From Candidatus Zambryskiibacteriota bacterium (lineage in GTDB: Bacteria > Patescibacteriota > Minisyncoccia > Phycocordibacterales > DATDWN01), in NCBI GenBank assembly GCA_009694965.1, contig SIBV01000001.1, forward strand, positions 1 to 63,755: 63,755 bases of DNA, read 5' to 3'. A model generated the notes under the pieces. The model was not told the DNA's origin. It did no database searches and saw only the letters and a list, made by a program, of their open reading frames with translations. Of this stretch, positions 47,707-56,960 are shown in pieces; position 1 is the first letter of the stretch, and each line of letters opens with the position of its first letter. Position numbers and translations under genes: made by a program.

Positions 47707-49152
47707 TTAACTACTTTTCTTTATGTTTATCCCCAATTCTAAAAGCTGCATTTCTGAAATTTCAGACGGCGAATCCATCATAAGGTCCTTTCCTTCTCCA
47801 GTTTTAGCAAAAGGAATAACTTCACGAATATTCGGCTCATTTTGTAAAAGCATAATCAATCTATCTAGTCCCCATGCGATTCCTCCGTGAGGTGGAGTAC
47901 CAAGTGAAAATGCTGCCATCATGTGTCCAAAGTTTTTTTGGATTCCCTCCAAACTATGTCCCATAATCTCGAATACTTTTTCCAAGGCTTTAGGATTATG
48001 ATTTCTAATACTTCCTCCCCCAATTTCCATTCCGTTTAAGGCCACATCGTATTGTGAAGTAAGAATTCCTCCAATATTTTCCTTGTTCATTAACCATTCT
48101 AGGTGTTCAGGCTTTGGCCTTGAAAAAGGATTGTGCGTAAATGTCCATGCTCCAGTATCTGTTTTTTCAAAGAATGGAAAATCAATAACCCAGCAAAAAG
48201 CCAAAAGATTTGGGTCTTCTTTGTTTTCTCTAACATCAGGCTTATCGGAATTATACTTTTCCATTGCTTCCTGATAAGTAAATCTAGGAAAAGGAATTTG
48301 TTGAATTTTCTTTTCTGGGTATAGTTTTGTAACCAAATCTATAAGCAACTTTTCGTTCAACTCTATAACATCTTCTCTTTTCACAAAACTCATTTCAAGG
48401 TCTAACTGAGTAAATTCTGGTTGTCTATCCCCTCTTGTATCTTCATCTCGCATACATCGAGCAATTTGGAAATACTTTTCCACCCCTCCTGTCATTAAAA
48501 GTTGTTTGTATTGCTGCGGGGATTGCGGAAGCGCATAAAACTTTCCAGGATAAAGTCTAGCAGGAACTACGTAGTCTCTTGAGCCTTCAGGGGTGGATTT
48601 TGTAAGTATAGGTGTCTCTACCTCGATAAAACTTTCTGTATCAAGAAAATCTCTAATAAATTTTATTACCTTGTGTCGATTGCGAATATTTTTCTGCATT
48701 CTGTCTGAACGCAAATCAACATACCTATATTTCAATCTTACTTCTTCATTTATTTCTCTTGTATCTCCTCCAATATCAAAAGGGATTGTGTATGATTTAT
48801 TCAAAACTTCAACATGCAAAATCTCAAGTTCAATATCTCCGTTTAAAACTCCAGCTTTAACATTTCTCTCCGGTCTTTTGTTTACTAAACCTTTAACTGA
48901 TAATACCCATTCAGTTCTAACGTCCTTTACTTGTTCAATCGCTTCAGGATGATTCGGTAAAACAACACATTGAACCTTGCCAGTCATATCTCGCATATCC
49001 ATAAAAACCATCTTTCCTTGGTCTCGACGGACATCCACCCAGCCAGATATCGTAATTTCTTCGCCAATATGGCCGCTCAAATCCTTTATATACACCCGCA
49101 CACCAATTTTGCCGTTGCTTTTACTGTCCTGTTTTGAAATAATTTCAGTCAT
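47707..49152 (-). CDS. aspS: Aspartate--tRNA ligase (short, lacking GAD insertion)
   Basis: OB-fold, RYVDLR, ALPQSPQ, RQPEFTQLD, PPHGGIAWGLDR. Confidence 0.95.
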   Translation of the reverse strand: MTEIISKQDSKSNGKIGVRVYIKDLSGHIGEEITISGWVDVRRDQGKMVFMDMRDMTGKVQCVVLPNHPEAIEQVKDVRTEWVLSVKGLVNKRPERNVKAGVLNGDIELEILHVEVLNKSYTIPFDIGGDTREINEEVRLKYRYVDLRSDRMQKNIRNRHKVIKFIRDFLDTESFIEVETPILTKSTPEGSRDYVVPARLYPGKFYALPQSPQQYKQLLMTGGVEKYFQIARCMRDEDTRGDRQPEFTQLDLEMSFVKREDVIELNEKLLIDLVTKLYPEKKIQQIPFPRFTYQEAMEKYNSDKPDVRENKEDPNLLAFCWVIDFPFFEKTDTGAWTFTHNPFSRPKPEHLEWLMNKENIGGILTSQYDVALNGMEIGGGSIRNHNPKALEKVFEIMGHSLEGIQKNFGHMMAAFSLGTPPHGGIAWGLDRLIMLLQNEPNIREVIPFAKTGEGKDLMMDSPSEISEMQLLELGINIKKSS

Positions 49153-49229
49153 AATAATTTTATCAAATAATAAATTTTGTTGTTAGTTTTATTGAAAAAG
49201 CAGGATGACGGCAAACTTGGTGTTCGGGT
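49094..49229. mobile_element. 136-bp MITE-like element, copy 3, overlapping the aspS start
   Basis: ACCCGCACACCAA / TTGGTGTTCGGGT TIRs. Confidence 0.75.
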
Positions 49230-49377
49230 AAAGTTCGTTTACCGATTTTAAAATTCTAACACATTTATTATTTCAAACCAAACTAAGTATCACAATCATG
49301 TAGCCTAATAAGTATTGCTAACTAGCATCACTATAATCAACCTTATTCAATCTATCCTGTCTATTCCGTCAATTCCA

Positions 49378-49417
49378 TACTACACTAACTTCTACGACCG
49401 TAGAAGTTAGTGTAGTA
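49378..49417. repeat. Perfect 18-bp inverted repeat
   Basis: TACTACACTAACTTCTAC-gacc-GTAGAAGTTAGTGTAGTA. Confidence 0.9.
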
Positions 49418-49487
49418 AAAGTTTTTAGTTAGTACTAGTAAAAAATTTACTGTAAACCGAATTCTTTTCGAATTTTTACATCATTTT

Positions 49488-49593
49488 CAAATTTAGATGA
49501 AATTCAAGGCGGATGAGGAAAATATAACGAGCCTTATAAGTATAAGGTGAGGATTATTTTACCGAAATCCAACAAAGAAGTTCGCTAAATTTG
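49488..49593 (+). repeat. ERIC-like long hairpin
   Basis: AAGGCGG..GAGCCTTATA-ag-TATAAGGTGAG..CCAACAAAG. Confidence 0.75.
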
Positions 49594-49598
49594 GATGT

Positions 49599-50579
49599 TT
49601 AATACAATTTAACTCCTATTGCTTCTCGTACCTCCTCCATCTTCTTCTCTGCCTTCATTTTCGCTCGTTTACCCCCTTCTTTCAAAACATCCATGACAAA
49701 CTCAATATCATTCTCCAATAATTTTCTTTTTTCTCGTAATGGTGCGATAAACGCATCTATATTTTTTATTAATAACTCTTTGGATTCTTTGTGACTCATT
49801 CCACCCTTTTCGTACTTCTCTCTCAAATTAAATAGTTCGTCGCTTTTTGAAAAAAGTTTATGGAGTTTGAAAACATTATCTTCCTCTGGATTTCTCTCTG
49901 CATCAACTGGTAGTGAGTCTGTCGGGATAGACATTACGGCCTTAGTAATTTCATCGAGTGTCGCAAACAGCGGAATAGTATTTCCATAACTCTTACTCAT
50001 CTTCCTGCCATCCGTACCTGGGACCACAGCTACTTCATCGAGGATTTTCGCCTCAGGAAGTTTGAAAACTTCTTGTCCAAATGTGTGATTAAACTTTTGG
50101 GCAGTGTCTCGAGCATATTCTACGTGTTGTTTTTGGTCTTGTCCTACTGGAACAACATCTACATCATATAAAAGAATGTCCGCAGCCATAAGCATCGGAT
50201 AGTTAAACGAACCAACACTTATCTCCTTATCCTTTGCCTCGGCATCCTTGTAAGCATGGGCTCTCATAAGATAAGGCATTGTCGTAATAGTATCGAAAAT
50301 CCACGCAAGTTCAGTGTGCTCTGATATGTCTGATTGCTTATATAAAATGGTTTTCTGTGGATCAAGACCAATTGCAAGGTAATCAATAGCGAGATCTATA
50401 ATCTTCTGTTTCATCTCCTTCCCATCTTGAATAAAATTTAGCGCATGATAATCCGCAATAAAAACCATAGACTGATGTTCATCCTGCATATCCACAAATT
50501 GCTTCATTGCTCCGAAGTAGTTACCAATATGTGGCCTTCCGGTTGGTTTTACCCCAGAAAGCGAGATTTTTTTAGACAT
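49599..50579 (-). CDS. trpS: Tryptophan--tRNA ligase
   Basis: SGVKPTG..HIGNY, YPMLMAADIL, GQDQ, KMSKS. Confidence 0.97.
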   Translation of the reverse strand: MSKKISLSGVKPTGRPHIGNYFGAMKQFVDMQDEHQSMVFIADYHALNFIQDGKEMKQKIIDLAIDYLAIGLDPQKTILYKQSDISEHTELAWIFDTITTMPYLMRAHAYKDAEAKDKEISVGSFNYPMLMAADILLYDVDVVPVGQDQKQHVEYARDTAQKFNHTFGQEVFKLPEAKILDEVAVVPGTDGRKMSKSYGNTIPLFATLDEITKAVMSIPTDSLPVDAERNPEEDNVFKLHKLFSKSDELFNLREKYEKGGMSHKESKELLIKNIDAFIAPLREKRKLLENDIEFVMDVLKEGGKRAKMKAEKKMEEVREAIGVKLY

Positions 50580-50601
50580 AAGCATATTGTACCAAATCTC
50601 T

Positions 50602-51285
50602 TTATTTTTTCAAATATCCAATCCAGAAGTTTCGCTTATAGGAACGTCCGTTCATTCTGCTGTAACTGGTCTTTTTTTCTAAATGTAAAATTTTAAAATA
50701 ATTTGAATAAGTAGAAATAAAATCTTCTTTACTCCAGACTCTCTCTGTCACACCCAGTTCAGGCATTACATATGTATCCTTCTCTTTTCCTGGGAAGTTT
50801 TTTACAAGATACTTGGCATTCTCGTCACCATCCTTACATAAGGCTTTAACAAAAAAATAACCTCCAGTTTTTAAAACCCGATTAGTTTCAGACAAGTAAA
50901 TTTCTCTCTCTTCTTCTGTTAATGAATTCGATGAGGTCACATCTAGCACAAGATCAACTGAATTATCTTCTAGCGGAAACTTTTCTCCAATACTTTGCTT
51001 AACATATTTTATATCAAGGATAGTCCTTGATATGTTAGCTTCGGCTATTTTTATTGCTATTTTTGAGATCTCCAAACCAGTGACTTTTGCACCAAGTTCT
51101 GCAAAGTAAAAACTATTTCTACCGATTCCAGAACCCAAATCAAGTACTTTGAGACTGGCTATTACAACTCCTTCTTCTTTTTTCAAAAACTGTACAAATC
51201 TAACCACATCAGATTGCGGTTTATTTTCCTTGGTCAAAAGTTTTGATTTTCTGTATTCATCATTCCAAACTTTTTCTTGTGCCAT
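50602..51285 (-). CDS. Class I SAM-dependent methyltransferase
   Basis: VLDLGSGIGRN, RVLKTGG. Confidence 0.88.
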   Translation of the reverse strand: MAQEKVWNDEYRKSKLLTKENKPQSDVVRFVQFLKKEEGVVIASLKVLDLGSGIGRNSFYFAELGAKVTGLEISKIAIKIAEANISRTILDIKYVKQSIGEKFPLEDNSVDLVLDVTSSNSLTEEEREIYLSETNRVLKTGGYFFVKALCKDGDENAKYLVKNFPGKEKDTYVMPELGVTERVWSKEDFISTYSNYFKILHLEKKTSYSRMNGRSYKRNFWIGYLKK

Positions 51286-51297
51286 ATGCGTGATTTT

Positions 51298-53070
51298 TTA
51301 TAAAAAGCCACCGACTTGTAAATCCCAAAGTTTCTTATACAATCCCCCATCTTTATTTGCCAATTCATCATGAGTCCCTTCTTCTACAATAGAACCATCT
51401 TCCATGGCAATAATTCTATCCATTTTTTTGACAGTTGAAAGTCTGTGGGCAATAACAATTGTTGTACAATCTTTCATTAGAGTTTCCAGTGCATCTTGAA
51501 TTAGGGACTCAGAATATGAATCGAGGCTTGATGTTGCCTCATCGAAAATAAGAATTGGTGCGCGTTTTAATATCGCCCTTGCAATAGCAATTCTCTGTCT
51601 CTCCCCGCCAGAAAGTTTAATGCCTCTTTCTCCAACAAAAGTTTCGTATTTTAAGGGAAGCTTGTCAATAAATTCATCACAATGAGCTAATTTTCCTGCT
51701 TGTATAACTTCCTCATCAGAAGCATCCCTCTTACCATAACGAATATTATCCATCAGAGTTCTGTGAAAAAGAACTGGATCCTGAGGCACAAAGCTTACAT
51801 TATGACGAAGGCTGTTTTGAGTAACTTTGCTTATATCTTGTCCATCAATGCTTATATGACCCCTTGTTACATTATAAAGTCTCATAATCAACCGAACAAA
51901 AGTGGTTTTACCTGCTCCAGAGTGACCAATAATTGCCACTTTTTCTTTAGATTTTATTGTGACACTTACTCCATTTAATACTCTGGTATTATCACTGAAA
52001 TTAAAGGAAACATTATTAAATAAAATTTCACCCCTCGGAACTTCTAAAAGTTTTGCATTGGGTTCATCCTTTATTTCATAAGGTGTGAGCAGAATATCAA
52101 CCATTTCTTTTGAATCAGCGAGACTTTGATAAACAGAACGAATTATTCTGTTTAGACCCCAAAGTTTATTTGCCAATTCAATGATATAGGTTTGAGCTAA
52201 AACAAAAGTTCCTACAGTTACCAAACCCATCTCCCAATACTTTATTGCATAGTAAAATACAAAAAACTCAACTAGGGCTATCATTAATGATTGAATTGCA
52301 TCCACCACATTTCCTAGCTGCCATGAAAATAAAGTTTTTTTGGCTTGATCATTGGAAACTTCCCTAAATCCTTCAAGTTCATAATCGTGACCTGTAAAAA
52401 ATGATACAGCGATATTATTTGTTACAGAATCTGATAAATATCCTGTTGTTTTAGAACCAGACGCAGCAGCAATTGTGTCATACTTTAATTTCCACTTAGA
52501 AAAGAAAATACTGAAAGTTACTATAGAAATAACCCACACGCATAGAATAATTGAAAGAATTGGAACGATAGACCATGCAATCCAAATCGAACCAACAACT
52601 GCAACTACTAAAGGCATCAGATTGAAAACTAAAGTATCGGTTAATACTTCATAAGAGCGGGTAAAACGACCAATTTTTTGAACGAGGCTTCCTCCAAAAT
52701 TATTGGCAAAAAAAGTATATGAGTGATTAATCATGTAGTCAAAACTATTCTGTTTTAAACGTGCCATAACGATTGACTGCATCCAACTCCAAATATATGA
52801 CCCTGTACGAAACATTAGCCACCCTAAAAGATGTAAAAGCAAAACGGCAAATATCACCTTAGTTAACAGAAGTGCAGTTAACTCATTGTCAGTAGAACTA
52901 GTAATGAGATCAAAAAACTTTTTGTAATAAAGTGGAATAAAAACATATATAATATGTGTACCAAGATATAAGAAAATGGAAGAAAAAAACATCACTTTGT
53001 TAGGCCTAGTTCCCTCCCAAAACTTTTTTATTATTTCCTTAATCGGGACATTCTTAGTAGTTTTTTCCAT
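51298..53070 (-). CDS. ABC exporter, fused TMD plus ATPase
   Basis: GHSGAGKT, LSGGERQR, DEATS, AHRLS. Confidence 0.93.
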   Translation of the reverse strand: MEKTTKNVPIKEIIKKFWEGTRPNKVMFFSSIFLYLGTHIIYVFIPLYYKKFFDLITSSTDNELTALLLTKVIFAVLLLHLLGWLMFRTGSYIWSWMQSIVMARLKQNSFDYMINHSYTFFANNFGGSLVQKIGRFTRSYEVLTDTLVFNLMPLVVAVVGSIWIAWSIVPILSIILCVWVISIVTFSIFFSKWKLKYDTIAAASGSKTTGYLSDSVTNNIAVSFFTGHDYELEGFREVSNDQAKKTLFSWQLGNVVDAIQSLMIALVEFFVFYYAIKYWEMGLVTVGTFVLAQTYIIELANKLWGLNRIIRSVYQSLADSKEMVDILLTPYEIKDEPNAKLLEVPRGEILFNNVSFNFSDNTRVLNGVSVTIKSKEKVAIIGHSGAGKTTFVRLIMRLYNVTRGHISIDGQDISKVTQNSLRHNVSFVPQDPVLFHRTLMDNIRYGKRDASDEEVIQAGKLAHCDEFIDKLPLKYETFVGERGIKLSGGERQRIAIARAILKRAPILIFDEATSSLDSYSESLIQDALETLMKDCTTIVIAHRLSTVKKMDRIIAMEDGSIVEEGTHDELANKDGGLYKKLWDLQVGGFL

Positions 53071-53158
53071 AACTTATCTATTCTACAATGAAACTTATAT
53101 TTCGTAAATAACCAGTGTAACATTTGTAATGCCTAAACCTTTGTTATATATTTTATAA

Positions 53159-53719
53159 ATGATTTTAGTCGTTTTCAGTATTTACCTTCTATTCATAATT
53201 TTATCAGTAGTTTTTATTCTATTTGTCTTAGCACAATTTATTGCTGTATTTACAACTCATGCACCGTTTGTCCCGGTACCAAAAGAAATTGAAAAAGAAA
53301 TCGTTTCCAATTTAAACCTAAACAACGACAGTGTTTTGTTCGATTTGGGTTGTGGTGACGCACGAATACTCACAGAGGCTTCTCTCGAGTACCCGATGAT
53401 TAAGGCTGTAGGTGTAGAAATAGCTTTCCTGCCATTTCTCTTGGCCAAATTCAAAACGAGATCCTACAAAAATATCACGATTAAAAGAGAGGATATTTTC
53501 AGGACAGACTTAAAAGATGCTACTCACGTATTTCTATATCTATATCCAAAAGTCATAAATCGACTAATTCATAATATAAAAGCCCAATGTAAACCTGGCA
53601 CAACCATCGTGTCTTGCGATTTTGAACTAGATAATTACAAACCAAGTAAGGTGATTGATTTGCAAAATATAAACCCAAATTCTAAACGAGGTAAGAAGCT
53701 TTTTATTTACACCGTCTGA
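53159..53719 (+). CDS. Membrane-anchored SAM-dependent methyltransferase
   Basis: N-terminal TM, APFVP, DLGCGDAR, FLYL. Confidence 0.85.
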   Translation: MILVVFSIYLLFIILSVVFILFVLAQFIAVFTTHAPFVPVPKEIEKEIVSNLNLNNDSVLFDLGCGDARILTEASLEYPMIKAVGVEIAFLPFLLAKFKTRSYKNITIKREDIFRTDLKDATHVFLYLYPKVINRLIHNIKAQCKPGTTIVSCDFELDNYKPSKVIDLQNINPNSKRGKKLFIYTV

Positions 53720-53728
53720 TTAAAACTT

Positions 53729-54619
53729 TTATTTTACTAGAATACTGTCTCTACACTCTGGATTACAAAATGATCTTCCGTCATCTTCTGAACAACTCTC
53801 ACAGCAGATAAAATGCTTATTACACTCGGGATTCCGACAATTTACATAACGTTCTGAAAACTCTTCGCATTTATCACACTTGCCTACAACCACATGATTG
53901 TCTTTGGAATCAAAGTCCGTAGTTATCCGTTTATCGAAAACATATAAAGTCCCCTCAAACTCTTCCCCTGGAAATTTCTCCATATAAGAAACAATTCCCC
54001 CATCTAGTTGGTACGCATCCTTGAATCCTTCTCTGACAAGAAGTCCTGAAACTTTTTCGCATCTAACTCCCCCAGTGCAAACAGTAAGTACTGTTTTATC
54101 CTTAAAGCTCTCAATATGAGAAAGTGAGGCCGGAATATCGCGAAAGTTTTGCACTGGCATCAAAACTGAATCCTTAAACTTGCCTACCTTGAATTCATAA
54201 TCATTTCTCATATCTACAACATAAAACTCTTTGCCTTCCTCATACCATTTTTTCAATTCTTCAGGTTTCAAGTGTTTACCTGTTATTTTATTTGGATCAA
54301 TATCATTCTCTAAACCTAGGGTCACTATCTCTTTTCGCAGTTTTACTGAAAGCTTTGGAAAAGCGCTTCCTGTTCCAACACTTTTCTTTATGTGAGTATC
54401 AGAAAAACGTATATCGGACAAATACACTTCTAAATACTTTTCTATATTTTCAGTTGTGCCTTCAAGTGTCGCATTGATTCCCTCTTTGGCCACTATTACT
54501 CTACCTTTTAATTGAAGTTTTGTTGCAAGAGCTATCTGCTCTGATTTTAATTTTTCTGGTTCGTCTATTTCTATGTATTTATAGAAAAGAATTATTGCGA
54601 AATTGCTTTCTTTTACCAT
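53729..54619 (-). CDS. trhO: Rhodanese-related tRNA U34 hydroxylase
   Basis: LFYKY, EGINAT, DMRNDYE..G, CTGGVRCEK, LDGGI..Y, VFD.R, Cys-rich C-terminus. Confidence 0.9.
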   Translation of the reverse strand: MVKESNFAIILFYKYIEIDEPEKLKSEQIALATKLQLKGRVIVAKEGINATLEGTTENIEKYLEVYLSDIRFSDTHIKKSVGTGSAFPKLSVKLRKEIVTLGLENDIDPNKITGKHLKPEELKKWYEEGKEFYVVDMRNDYEFKVGKFKDSVLMPVQNFRDIPASLSHIESFKDKTVLTVCTGGVRCEKVSGLLVREGFKDAYQLDGGIVSYMEKFPGEEFEGTLYVFDKRITTDFDSKDNHVVVGKCDKCEEFSERYVNCRNPECNKHFICCESCSEDDGRSFCNPECRDSILVK

Positions 54620-54663
54620 ATATTTATATTTTTTTGTTCCTATAATGCTTCTCCTAACCTATC

Positions 54664-54717
54664 TTAAAGCAAGTAAAACACCGCATTGAGGGATGTTAGG
54701 AGATGTTTAAAACGCAT
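54664..54717 (-). CDS. Putative leaderless leader peptide MRFKHLLTSLNAVFYLL
   Basis: TTGACC-17-TATTGT-6-ATG; stop lies 44 nt upstream of trhO. Confidence 0.5.
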   Translation of the reverse strand: MRFKHLLTSLNAVFYLL

Positions 54718-54781
54718 TTCAGTACAATACCGCAAAACCCCACCTTGGTCAAAGTCTAGTTATTTCAATTAAATTATAGGG

Positions 54782-55233
54782 TCATTTCTTCTGAATTGAA
54801 TCTCTAGCGATTTTGATTTTCTCTAACTGGTCTCTTAACTTTCTTTCCTGTTCAACTAATACAGTTTCCACTCTCGTTTCATTTATTAGAGTCGCATGAT
54901 CATAATCGCCATCGTAACCAAGGGGCTCACGTATAATACCCTCACCAGTTGGCAAGATTATTAGACCATACAGACCCCAAAAGAAACAAAAGGAAGTTTA
55001 TTACTATCTATATCGTAGAAGTTCGATACATTTGAATCAGGGTTATTAACTAATTCATCCATGCGAGAGTTAAATACTTGCGTTCGAGAACTATAATCCT
55101 CATCGCTTTCATCCTCTCCTTGAGTCAACTTATGAAAATCTTCATTCATTTTTTGAAGCTCTTTTATAAGTGCTATCTTTTTATCTAAATCCAAATCCTC
55201 TTGCTCCTTTGGTGCTCCTTCTCCTTGAGTCAT
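54782..55233 (-). pseudogene. Frameshifted hypothetical gene
   Basis: ORF 55233-54961 continues in the -1 frame (GLYGLIILPTGEG..DSIQKK*) from around a G4 run at 54975-54978. Confidence 0.5.
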
Positions 55234-55295
55234 ATTGTAAAAAATTTAACTATTATGTTTAATATTATACATCAATCAAACCTTGATGCAATGAG

Positions 55296-55778
55296 TTACT
55301 TCAATCCCTTACAGTTCTTTCCTGGGGTAAATCCGGCATCTTTCGCTTCTTCAATTGAAGCAAACTTTACTTGATTTTCGGGCTTTATTCTCTTAACAGT
55401 CCCACACCAAGGAAAGTAGTATTTTTTACCAGTTTTTGACCCTACAACAGCCCCATCCTTAGATCCAAGGACTCCCCTTGGATTGGTTGCTCCCACGTCT
55501 GGAAAACCGACTCCTGACTGTATTACGGCCCCAGTTTGTGAATTTGTTTGGCTTATTTGCTTATACTCTATTTTTATTGGTTTATGAGCCTCTTCTAAGG
55601 CAGAAATTCGCCCTAAGGCAAAGAAAATGAAGGCTACAGTTAGAATTACAAATAAATTGTAAAAGGGGTTGACCCAGTAGTGAAAAAAGGCATGGAACCC
55701 TGTTCGCTCCGTTGGAGCAATGCCTTTTTCTACTACGGGGTTGATTTTTTGAAGTATTTCCTTTATACTCATACTCAC
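55296..55778 (-). CDS. Membrane protein with Ada-like metal-binding C-terminus
   Basis: TM..FALGRIS; VGSKTGKKYYFPWC..I..EN..F.S..EA..AGF.P..C. Confidence 0.75.
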   Translation of the reverse strand: MSMSIKEILQKINPVVEKGIAPTERTGFHAFFHYWVNPFYNLFVILTVAFIFFALGRISALEEAHKPIKIEYKQISQTNSQTGAVIQSGVGFPDVGATNPRGVLGSKDGAVVGSKTGKKYYFPWCGTVKRIKPENQVKFASIEEAKDAGFTPGKNCKGLK

Positions 55779-55846
55779 TCAGTTTAACAATATTTATTGG
55801 GTAAAACAAAGGTCTCGATTTAATAACACTATATAAACACTACATA

Positions 55847-55925
55847 ATTTTGAATTTCTAATTTCTAATTTCTAATTTCTAAACTGGGTTCTGTTTTAAA
55901 ATTGAAAATTGAAAATTGAAAATTC
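55847..55925. repeat. Heptamer-built palindrome (AATTTCT/TGAAAAT type)
   Basis: Tandem AATTTCT units followed by tandem ATTGAAA units. Confidence 0.85.
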
Positions 55926-55946
55926 GTTTATGTAACCATAAACGTC

Positions 55947-56219
55947 ATGGCTCATAAAAAGAGTGCCGGAACAACAAAAAACGGTAGAGATTCAAATCCT
56001 AAATACCTTGGTGTGAAAATCACTGAAGGTGATATGGCACAAGCTGGATCTGTAATAATCCGACAAAGAGGCACAGACGTCATGCCTGGCAGAGGCGTAG
56101 GTATGGGCAAAGACCATACTCTATATGCTCTTGTCCCAGGAACTGTAAAGTTCAGCTCAAAAAGAAAGAAGCATTTTGATAATACAATGCAAGTAAAGAA
56201 AGTAATCTCAATAGTTTAA
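55947..56219 (+). CDS. rpmA: 50S ribosomal protein L27
   Basis: [27 protein letters not shown]. Confidence 0.97.
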   Translation: MAHKKSAGTTKNGRDSNPKYLGVKITEGDMAQAGSVIIRQRGTDVMPGRGVGMGKDHTLYALVPGTVKFSSKRKKHFDNTMQVKKVISIV

Positions 56220-56383
56220 AACGCAACAAAATTACTCCAATAAAAGCAGTCGTGCCGTCCATCCTCGCAGCAAACTGCGAAGGTTGCGGCACGAACCAGG
56301 GCTCTTATGTTCGTAGGGGAATCGGCCACCGCCGATACTAGTATATCAATCCCCGCAGCAAGCTGACGGGGTATTTCTCGAAT

Positions 56384-56413
56384 AAAAAAACCACCCTCTC
56401 GGGTGGTTTTTTT
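56384..56413. terminator. Bidirectional terminator between rpmA and rplI
   Basis: A7-CCACCC-tctc-GGGTGG-T7. Confidence 0.85.
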
Positions 56414-56855
56414 ATTTACTTTCTATTATAACTTTGAATTCGGCTTTTTTGCCACTTGCCTCAACAGTAACCGAATGCTCACCTACCTCCTTCAACGGCT
56501 TTTCTAATTTTATAGATTCTGGGTCAATGTTTATTCGAGCTACCTTCAAAATTTCTTCTGCCAATCTTTCTTTTGTTATCCCCGCAAACAAGTGGCCTTT
56601 GTCACTCGCCTTTTCTTGTAGGTTCAAAGTTATATTTTTTATAACTTCAAAACTCTTCGCCAATAATTCGCCTTGGACCTTTTTCTCGGTCAAATCAGTT
56701 GCCTTCAAGATTTCAATATTCTTTATTGCGTTTGCTGTTGCTGCCTGCGCCTGACCTCGTGGTATTAGCATATTCAATGCGAAACCATCCGCCACATCCT
56801 TTATGTCGTACTTTTTACCTACCTTTGCAATGTCTTTCAGAAGTATTATTTTCAT
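56412..56855 (-). CDS. rplI: 50S ribosomal protein L9
   Basis: MKIILLKD...GK....V.DGFA.N.LIP; start corrected to 56855. Confidence 0.95.
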   Translation of the reverse strand: MKIILLKDIAKVGKKYDIKDVADGFALNMLIPRGQAQAATANAIKNIEILKATDLTEKKVQGELLAKSFEVIKNITLNLQEKASDKGHLFAGITKERLAEEILKVARINIDPESIKLEKPLKEVGEHSVTVEASGKKAEFKVIIESK

Positions 56856-56866
56856 ATATTCAGAAT

Positions 56867-56960
56867 ATACGAATATACGAATTATGCAAATCAACGAATG
56901 GCTACGAATGAATTCATTCGTAGCCATTCGTAAAAGTATTTCATTCGTTAATTCGTATAT
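56867..56960. repeat. ACGAAT-type heptamer palindrome (ctpA-rplI)
   Basis: ACGAATGGCTACGAATG-aatt-CATTCGTAGCCATTCGT. Confidence 0.88.
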
